64,000 bases of DNA from Eledone cirrhosa (taxonomy: Eukaryota), in NCBI GenBank assembly GCA_964016885.1, contig OZ024760.1, positions 18,662,001 through 18,726,000 on the forward strand. Reading direction: 5' to 3'. Position numbers and translations under genes: made by a program. How positions within the stretch are numbered: the first letter of the stretch is position 1; the number at the start of each line of letters is the position of its first letter. Below are positions 55,014-64,000 of this stretch, piece after piece. The notes below the pieces were generated by a model. It saw nothing but the letters and a program-made list of their open reading frames with translations, ran no database searches and had not been told where the DNA came from.

Positions 55014-57228
55014 AGGCGACGAATGGGCACAGTCGTTAGAACGTCAGATAGAATGACAAAGTCGTTAGAACGTCGGATAGAACGACAGTCGTTAGAACGT
55101 CAGATAGAATGACAGTCGTTAGAACGTCGGATAGAACGACAGTCGTTAGAACGTCAGATAGAATGACAGTCGTTAGAACGTCAGATAGAATGACAGTCGT
55201 TAGAACGTCAGATAGAATGGCAGTCGTTAGAACGTCAGATAGAATGACAGTCGTTAGAACGTCAGATAGAATGACAGTCGTTTGAACGTCAGATAGAATG
55301 ACAGTCGTTAGAACGTCAGATAGAATGGCAGTCGTTAGAACGTCAGATAGAATGACAGTCGTTAGAACGTCAGATAGATTGACAGTCGTTAGAACGTCAG
55401 ATAGAATGACAGTCGTTAGAACGTCAGATAGAATGACAGTCGTTTGAACGTCAGATAGAATGACAGTCGTTTGAACGTCAGATAGAATGACAGTCGTTAG
55501 AACGTCAGATAGAATGACAGTCGTTAGAACGTCAGATAGAATGGCAGTCGTTAGAACGTCAGATAGAATGACAGTCGTTAGAACGTCAGATAGAATGACA
55601 GTCGTTAGAACGTCAGATAGAATGGCAGTCGTTAGAACGTCAGATAGAATGACAGTCGTTTGAACGTCAGATAGAATGACAGTCGTTTGAACGTCAGATA
55701 GAATGACAGTCGTTAGAACGTCAGATAGATTGACAGTCGTTAGAACGTCAGATAGAATGACAGTCGTTAGAACGTCAGATAGAATGACAGTCGTTAGAAC
55801 GTCAGATAGAATGGCAGTCGTTAGAACGTCAGATAGATTGACAGTCGTTAGAACGTCAGATAGAATGACAGTCGTTAGAACGTCAGATAGAATGGCAGTC
55901 GTTAGAACGTCAGATAGAATGACAGTCGTTAGAACATCAGATAGAATGGCAGTCGTTAGAACGTCAGATAGAATGACAGTCGTTAGAACGTCAGATAGAA
56001 TGGCAGTCGTTAGAACGTCAGATAGAATGGCAGTCGTTAGAACGTCAGATAGAATGACAGTCGTTAGAACGTCAGATAGATTGACAGTCGTTAGAACGTC
56101 AGATAGAATGACAGTCGTTAGAACGTCAGATAGAATGGCAGTCGTTAGAACGTCAGATAGAATGACAGTCGTTAGAACATCAGATAGAATGGCAGTCGTT
56201 AGAACGTCAGATAGATTGACAGTCGTTAGAACGTCAGATAGAATGACAGTCGTTAGAACGTCAGATAGAATGACAGTCGTTAGAACGTCAGATAGAATGG
56301 CAGTCGTTAGAACGTCAGATAGAATGACAGTCGTTAGAACGTCAGATAGAATGACAGTCGTTAGAACGTCAGATAGAATGACAGTCGTTAGAACGTCAGA
56401 TAGAATGACAGTCGTTAGAACGTCAGATAGAATGACAGTCGTTAGAACGTCAGATAGAATGGCAGTCGTTAGAACGTCAGATAGAATGACAGTCGTTAGA
56501 ACGTCAGATAGAATGGCAGTCGTTAGAACGTCAGATAGAATGGCAGTCGTTAGAACGTCAGATAGAATGTCAGTCGTTAGAACGTCAGATAGAATGACAG
56601 TCGTTAGAACGTCAGATAGAATGACAGTCGTTTGAACGTCAGATAGAACGACAGTCGTTAGAACGTCAGATAGAATGACAGTCGTTAGAACGTCGGATAG
56701 AACGACAGTCGTTAGAACGTCAGATAGAATGACAGTCGTTAGAACGTCAGATAGAATGTCAGTCGTTAGAACGTCAGATAGAATGGCAGTCGTTAGAACG
56801 TCAGATAGAATGACAGTCGTTAGAACGTCAGATAGAATGGCAGTCGTTAGAACGTCAGATAGAATGACAGTCGTTAGAACGTCAGATAGAATGGCAGTCG
56901 TTAGAACGTCAGATAGAATGGCAGTCGTTAGAACGTCAGATAGAATGACAGTCGTTAGAACGTCAGATAGAATGGCAGTCGTTAGAACGTCAGATAGAAT
57001 GACAGTCGTCAGAACGTCAGATAGAATGACAGTCGTTAGAACGTCAGATAGAATGACAGTCGTTAGAACGTCAGATAGAATGACAGTCGTTAGAACGTCA
57101 GATAGAATGCTTTAAGGTATTCATTCCAGCTCTCTACTCTCTGATTTCAAGTCCTACCGAGGTCAACTTTGCCTTTTATCTATTTAAGGTCGATAGGAAA
57201 AAGTACCAGTCTAATACTGGGGTTGATT
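55014..57228 (+). mobile_element. tRNA-SINE with 27-bp A-box-region array (~77 copies, 55031-57110)
   Basis: aggcgacgaatgggcaca head, (gtcgttagaacgtcagatagaatgaca)n, then gctttaaggtattcattccagctctc..gaggtcaactttgcctttt..aagtaccag SINE body. Confidence 0.9.
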
Positions 57229-57284
57229 CTTCCTCTATCTCACTTTCTATTCAATTCTTGTGTCGATTTCGGCTGAAGCCGCCG

Positions 57285-57438
57285 GATGATGAGGAGGATG
57301 ATGATGGTGGTGGTGGTGATGCTGGTGGTGGTGGTGATGATGATGGTGATGATGGTGATGATGGTGGTGGTGGTGGTGGTGGTGGTGGTGATGATGATGA
57401 CGATGACGATGTTGATGATGGTGGTGGCGGTGATGGTG

Positions 57439-57470
<32 letters not shown>

Positions 57471-57637
57471 GATGACGATGATGGTGGAGGTGGTGATGGT
57501 GATGGTGATGATGATGATGATGGTGGAGGTGGTGGTGGTGATGATGATGATGATGTTGATGATGGTGGTGGTGGTGGTGGTTGTGGTGGTGGTGGTGGTG
57601 GTGGTGATGGTGATGATGATGGTGGTGGTGGTGGTGG

Positions 57638-57669
<32 letters not shown>

Positions 57670-58054
57670 GTGGTGATGGTGATGATGGTGGTGGTGGTGA
57701 TGGTGGTGGTGGTGGTGATGGTGGTGGTGGTGGTGATGGTGGTGGTGGTGGTGATGGTGGTGGTGGTGGTGATGATGATGGTGGTTGTGGTGGTGGTGAT
57801 GATGATGATGTTGATGATGGTGGTGGTGGTGGTGGTGGTGATGATGGTGATGGTGATGGTGATGGTGGTGGTGATGGTGATGATGGTGATGGTGATGGTG
57901 ATGGTGGTGGTGGTGGTGGTGGTGATGTTGATGATGTTGATGATGGTGGTGGTGGTGATGGTGGTGGTGATGGTGGTGGTGGTGGTGATGTTGATGATGT
58001 TGATGATGGTGGTGGTGGTGGTGGTGGTGGTGGTGGTGGTGGTGGTGATGATGA

Positions 58055-58088
<34 letters not shown>

Positions 58089-58372
58089 GATGGTGATGAT
58101 GGTGATGGTGATGGTGATGGTGGTGGTGGTGGTGGTGGTGATGGTGATGGTGGTGGTGGTGGTGGTGGTGATGGTGGTGATAGTGATGATGTTGATGGTG
58201 GTGATAGTGATGATGTTGATGATGGTGGTGGTGGTGATGGTGGTGGTGATGGTGGTGGTGGTGGTGATGTTGATGATGTTGATGATGGTGGTGGTGGTGA
58301 TGGTGGTGGTGATGATGATGATGTTGATGATGGTGGTGGTGGTGGTGGTGGTGGTGATGATAACGACGACGA
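57285..58372. repeat. (GGT)/(GAT) trinucleotide tract
   Basis: Direct inspection. Confidence 0.96.
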
Positions 58373-59679
58373 CATACAGGATTAAATATATGAATAATTT
58401 TAGAGAAATATTTACAGGGTGAGAATGGATGTAAATTTGAAAGGTAAAAAAAAAAAAAGATGTGAAACATCGTTAGGTCGGTGTTTTTATCCCGGTTTCA
58501 TGGCGTGAAGCGACTGAGAGTACAAAACTCCTCCCCCTGGACAAGACGCCAGTCCATCACAGGGTTAAACCCCAGCTATTGCTGGTACTTATTTTCAGTT
58601 GAGTATACTGGAGCAACGTGGAATGAAGAGTTTTCCTCAAGAACACAACACGCAACCCAGGAATCAAACCCACGGCGTTATGAAGACCTGCCAACCTCTA
58701 AAAACCCAAACGGTGAATACCATGAAGAAAGTGCTCCAAAACGGAGAGGAATGAGACAAAATGGGGAGATTTTACGTAATGAGAATTGGATTCACAATCT
58801 TGTGGTTGTGAATTCGATTCCAGGGCCGGGCGATGAGTTATGTCCTTGAGCAAGACACTTTATTTCACGTTGCTCCTTCTACATGGAGTTGCGACCGATA
58901 GATAGTATTAGCAACTGGAAAGACCGACAAAAACATCGTTTCCTCTGTCCGATCTGACGAAAGTCGATCGATCCTTTTTTACATAATGAAAGCTATACCC
59001 ATTTTCACAAGAGAAGACATCTCTCACCCACCCCAAAGACTATTGCAAATCTCCCTGACGGACGGGGAGATCTGATATGTTTGGTTATGATCGTAAGTCC
59101 ACCACCCTTACTATTAAGCCACGCGCCTCTAGCATTTTAGCTTTATTAAAATGTGGAAATGTGGTCCCCTCCCGCTTTAAAAAAAAAATTTATTCACTGG
59201 AAACGATACGAAAGAATAAAAATTACATTTTATATAGAATTGAAAATCAATGGACAAATGCCTTTAAAGTTATTTGTTCATATAATGCATAAAGTATTCT
59301 CATGTCTGCTTGTATTATTTAAAAATCCACGCTTAATTAACATATATTAATGAAAATCATTATAAAATTTTAATTACCAGAAAATAATTTTCAAATATTG
59401 ATATATCCGTTTGAATATTATTGACATGAATTAATAAAAAAACCCCCAAAAACAAACAAACAAACAAAAAAAAAAAAAACGATAAAAAACAACAAAATAC
59501 AAACAAACAAAACCCTTTCAATGTTCTAATGTATAAAATGATTATTGCAAAGACAAACAAATTAATTTAACTTTGTAATTACAGGAAACAAGTGTCTGAT
59601 TTTTATTATGATATCAATAAAACTGTGTTAAGTAAACGATACTCATAGATGTTATTCAACCATCTTCCTCGGCGTTTAT

Positions 59680-60000
59680 ATACAACTGGGTCTCCTGCCA
59701 GTTGGTTTTGCCCTTAAAATCTGTCCAGTGATTCTTTCCTGAGACATTCTAACCAAATGCCCATAGTGTCGGAGCTGTGATCTCCCAATTCGGAGAAGTA
59801 GTGGCTCTACATGGAGTGACTCTCTGATCTCCGAGCTACAAATATGTCCAACGATTCTTTCCTGAGACATTCTAACCACATGCCCATAATATTTAGTATT
59901 GGAGCTGTGATCCCTCAATTCCGAGAAGTCTTTGCTCTACCTGGAGTGACTCTCTGATCTCCGAGCTACGCACTGTATCGAGTAATGTTACTCCATAGAC
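59680..60000 (-). mobile_element. RTE-clade LINE fragment with an internal ~120-bp duplication
   Basis: SSEIRESLHVEPLLLRIGRSQLRHYGHLVRMSQER..KPTGRRP; the first part appears twice. Confidence 0.75.
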
Positions 60001-60102
60001 CGAAGATCTATAATAAGTGTACACACTCATTGAAAGAATCAACTCAAGACTCTTTCTACGAGTGGGAACATATATTATTATCATAATAAATATATATATA
60101 TT

Positions 60103-60290
60103 TAGTGGATTGACAGAATCGATAGAGGGTCGGGCGCCATGCTTTGCAGTATAGAGTTACGGCCCTTGCCATTCTGAGTTCAAATCCCGCCGAGGAAAAC
60201 TTTGCCTTTCATCCTTACAGGGTCGATAAAATAAAGTACCAGTATTGCACTGGGATAATTGCTGGCCTTGTGCCAAAAGTAGAAACAGTT
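60103..60290 (+). mobile_element. tRNA-derived SINE (main family); further partial copies at 28905-29032 and 49404-49522
   Basis: Same head and core as 6665. Confidence 0.82.
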
Positions 60291-60330
60291 ATATATATAT
60301 AATTGCAAACTTGACTGTCACCTCACATTA

Positions 60331-60369
60331 TGAACCTGAAGATTGCGAAAGCATGAACGTACTTGTTCA
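60331..60369 (+). ncRNA. Degenerate minimal hammerhead motif
   Basis: UGAAC CUGAAGA UUGC-GAAA-GCAU GAAC GUAC UU GUUCA: perfect 5-bp stem I and palindromic loop, but GAAA is GAAC. Confidence 0.5.
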
Positions 60370-60481
60370 ATTAACACTTAACATTTAATATTCTACCATA
60401 CTATTTCATTCTAATACCATTATAAATTTTAAAGGATTGTAAATAAAACGAGTAAATCAGACAAAGTTGGAATTCCTTTTA

Positions 60482-60540
<59 letters not shown>

Positions 60541-60720
60541 ATTAAAATAAATAACAGATTAAAGTTTAAGCAAAGAATCGCTGCTTTCACCCTTAATGGG
60601 ATCTTCTGAAATTTTAATCTGTTATTTTAATAAATATTTGCTCTAGGATTCTTATATATTTGTTATATATTTATCCTTATCGAGCCCTCTTTGGATTTTA
60701 GTCTTCACATTTATTATTAT

Positions 60721-60841
<121 letters not shown>

Positions 60842-61192
60842 CGTAACAATATTCATATCTCAACGAAAGGACCATTCTCCCAAATATATCAATCAGCATA
60901 TATCAGCTGAGAAGATATATAATCACTCATTAAATTAACCAGTTGATAAATTCTTAAAATTAATGGACATCAACAGAATTCATTATTGTAAATTGTATGG
61001 TGGCATAAATTCGATTTTATTAACAGAATTTCAATTTAATTTTAATTAAGATAATACTGAGATTTTTGGGAAGACAAGTGAAATGTACCCCTAGTTAGAC
61101 ATCTTGTGATTCTGTGACTGAATATTTTAAAGTTAACGGAAAACTTTTTATATTTATTGTTATATTTGGAGAGGGTCATGTATATACATATG

Positions 61193-61238
<46 letters not shown>

Positions 61239-61456
61239 CATACATATGTATATATATATATATATATTTATATATTAATAAAAATAATGAATAAAAACAA
61301 AGAAACAGTTCCTTATATTAAAACATTCATCATTTTACGATCGTTTCTAGGATATATATGTTTGTGTTGGTATGTATATCATATAGATCTATGTAAAAAT
61401 TTTACAAACTATCAGAGGGAATATACATACCTACACATATATATGCTGTCTTCAGA

Positions 61457-61504
<48 letters not shown>

Positions 61505-61563
61505 GTATATATATATATACATATACAGCTCTGAGTTCTTTATCCTAAGTGCATACTGATCAA

Positions 61564-61679
<116 letters not shown>

Positions 61680-61971
61680 AGAGAGAATCGGAGACGAATT
61701 CATATAATAAGCTTATCTGACGATCTTTCGATTACAGAGTCAGGTTCGATCTATAATAGGTATTTACATCTTTTTAACTCCTGACTCTCCACCTGATGTC
61801 TATGACACTAACAACAATTATATACCCTAAATGTTCTGAATGACTAGGATTTTAGTCACATGTTTTGACATTCCCTATGCTCCGATGATTCCAGACTTCC
61901 CTCTGGAAGAAACAGTTGTCAGCAAATAAATGTTCTAAACTAAAATTTAATCGTTTTAACACTTTGTATAT

Positions 61972-62050
<79 letters not shown>

Positions 62051-62134
62051 CGAAGGAAGTGTGGTAAGGAACCAGGTGGACCACAACGCACCAGAGTACT
62101 CAATACTTAGGGTAGTAGGGTGGGTAATAAGAAC

Positions 62135-62239
62135 ATGTTCAAGATCCCGACGGCAGAGCTCAAGCCGTTTCCACAGCTACTTCTTGTCCAGAAGTAGCTG
62201 TCGAAACGGCTTGAGCTCTGCCGTCGGGGTCTTGAACAT
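62135..62239. repeat. GC-rich near-perfect hairpin, 50-bp arms, 5-nt loop
   Basis: atgttcaagatcccgacggcagagctcaagccgtttccacagctacttct tgtcc agaagtagctgtcgaaacggcttgagctctgccgtcggggtcttgaacat. Confidence 0.92.
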
Positions 62240-62869
62240 TTTCCTATATATATATATATTCTTACTTTAAACGATCCCGGGTTGGAAACTGTATCGATCT
62301 GGAATTGATATGTTTCCTTGGTTCGATCAGATGGTAGGCTGAAATGAGATGAAGATAAGATGAGATGAGATGTAATGGTGATCTAGTTTTAGAACGCAAA
62401 CATTTATAATGTCTGTTGCGAAAGCACACATTCTTCGGTCTCTTTTCCAAGTACATTTTCGCTTAGAACCAACATAAAAGGTAAAAGATGAAAAAGGTAA
62501 AGAAAATTTCTTTTGGATAAATTTTCTAATTAGGCCTTTATATACACGAATCCTGTTTCTGTCGATGTTGTACATTGTTTATAAAATATTACTGGTTTAT
62601 GATTGCATAAAGGTATATAGCTCTAAGAAAGAGACACCATCTTGAAATAACTTCTATTTTTATCAAACAAAAGCTTGAATTCCGAGGTAATTCTCCCGAT
62701 AACTCACACAAATGATAATAAGATAATAACTGCTCAACAGTAGCAGAGATGATATTGATATTTTGAAGAATTGAAGAATAAATTGGTGTTGGAAATTATA
62801 TAATATATATATATATTATATTATATATATTATATATATAATATATATAATATATATATACGTATATAT

Positions 62870-62957
<88 letters not shown>

Positions 62958-63191
62958 TATATATACATATTCGTCAAATTTCATTTATTTTATGTTACGC
63001 CTGCTTTTGGCTATGTTATTACGCTTATCAAAATTGAGACCCATTGTATTGTTATACGAACAACAAAGCAGAGATCAACAGAACCAATAGATGCAAATAG
63101 ATAAATAGATAAATAGATAACAACAACAACAAAAACAACAACAACAACAACAACAACAAAAACAATGATAATAGTAATAATAATAATAATA

Positions 63192-63225
<34 letters not shown>

Positions 63226-63226
<1 letters not shown>

Positions 63227-63560
63227 TCAAAAGGCATGCTTGCTGGGAACAGCAAGAACCCTCCGATACGTCCTGAATATCTGAGGCTGCAGGTAGTGGC
63301 TTGATATTCATTTCAACAAACTTTCCAGTTAACTAACATCAATGACTGAGACTCAAAGAACAATAATAATAATAATAATAATAATAATAAGAAAATCGGC
63401 CCCTTCACGCTTTTTGGAACGCTCCAAAAGGCATGCTTGCTTGGAACAGCAAGAACCCTCCGATACGTCCTGAATATCTGAGGCTGCAGGTAGTGGCTTG
63501 ATATTCATTCCAACGGACTTTCCAGTTAACCAACATCAATGACTGAGATTCAAGGAATAA
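63226..63560 (+). mobile_element. Two tandem 5'-truncated R4/Dong-like LINE 3' ends separated by (TAA)n
   Basis: Both encode QKACLLGTARTLRYVLNI*, resembling the R4/Dong C-terminal QK..LLGTAR.LR..L motif, and end in (TAA)n. Confidence 0.72.
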
Positions 63561-63561
63561 C

Positions 63562-63670
<109 letters not shown>

Positions 63671-63673
63671 TCA

Positions 63674-64000
63674 TCGGCTAAAGTCACCACTCACTTATGT
63701 GGAGTGAAGATGAAAAAACAAAGGAATTCCCACAAGAAATCTACTTGGCAAGAGAACATCAATCGCCAAATAAACCTTCTCCGATCTGACATAGAAATTT
63801 TAACAAACTATAAAGTAGGTGAACATGTTAAACAAACTAAACTTAGAAAATTGAAAAAAAAGTACAGTATAAAATTAACAAGTGACATAGACATCCTGAT
63901 AGAAATAATCAAGCAAAAAGTGTCGGCCAAAGCTGCTCGTATAAGGCGCTTTGAAAAACGATCTAGATTCTATAAGGACAATAATATGTTCAAAAACAAC
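63674..64000 (+). mobile_element. R4/Dong-like LINE ORF fragment upstream of the RT domain, open to the window end
   Basis: STWQENINRQINLLRSDIEIL..KLKKKYSI..EIIKQKVSAKAARIRRFEKRSRFYKDNNMFKNN with no stop; begins directly after (TAA)n. Confidence 0.7.

Noticed and set aside
55031-57115. ORFs of repeated MTVVRTSDR (310 aa and 146 aa) or a CRISPR array
   Set aside because: A 27-bp unit divisible by three inside a SINE; variants introduce stops; no spacers.
57247-58470. Long poly-His, poly-Pro and Gly/Asp ORFs
   Set aside because: Trinucleotide microsatellite open in several frames on both strands; no splice or domain evidence.

Overview
Repeat-dense animal genomic DNA. The SINE, LINE and microsatellite repertoire suggests a coleoid cephalopod such as Octopus (inference). 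Two convergent spliced genes were reconstructed by hand with GT-AG boundaries and consistent phases. One is the 3' part of an EFR3 homolog (+ strand, 13 exons, 1-14022). The other is a complete, shortened and divergent exostosin-like 3 (EXTL3-family) glycosyltransferase gene (- strand, 7 coding exons, 42540-31127, 686 aa). A ~7.4 kb (TA)n array lies between them. The rest is tRNA-derived SINEs, TTAA-flanked piggyBac-type MITEs, LINE fragments (RTE, Tx1/L1, CRE-like, R4/Dong-like), hAT relics, microsatellites and many minisatellite arrays built from transposon pieces. The most notable unannotated signal is a set of type I hammerhead-ribozyme motifs, two with complete cores. Several lie in short repeats with inverted or partially tandem ends, as in Penelope-like elements and retrozymes. 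Nearly all long ORFs in the six-frame track are microsatellite artefacts.
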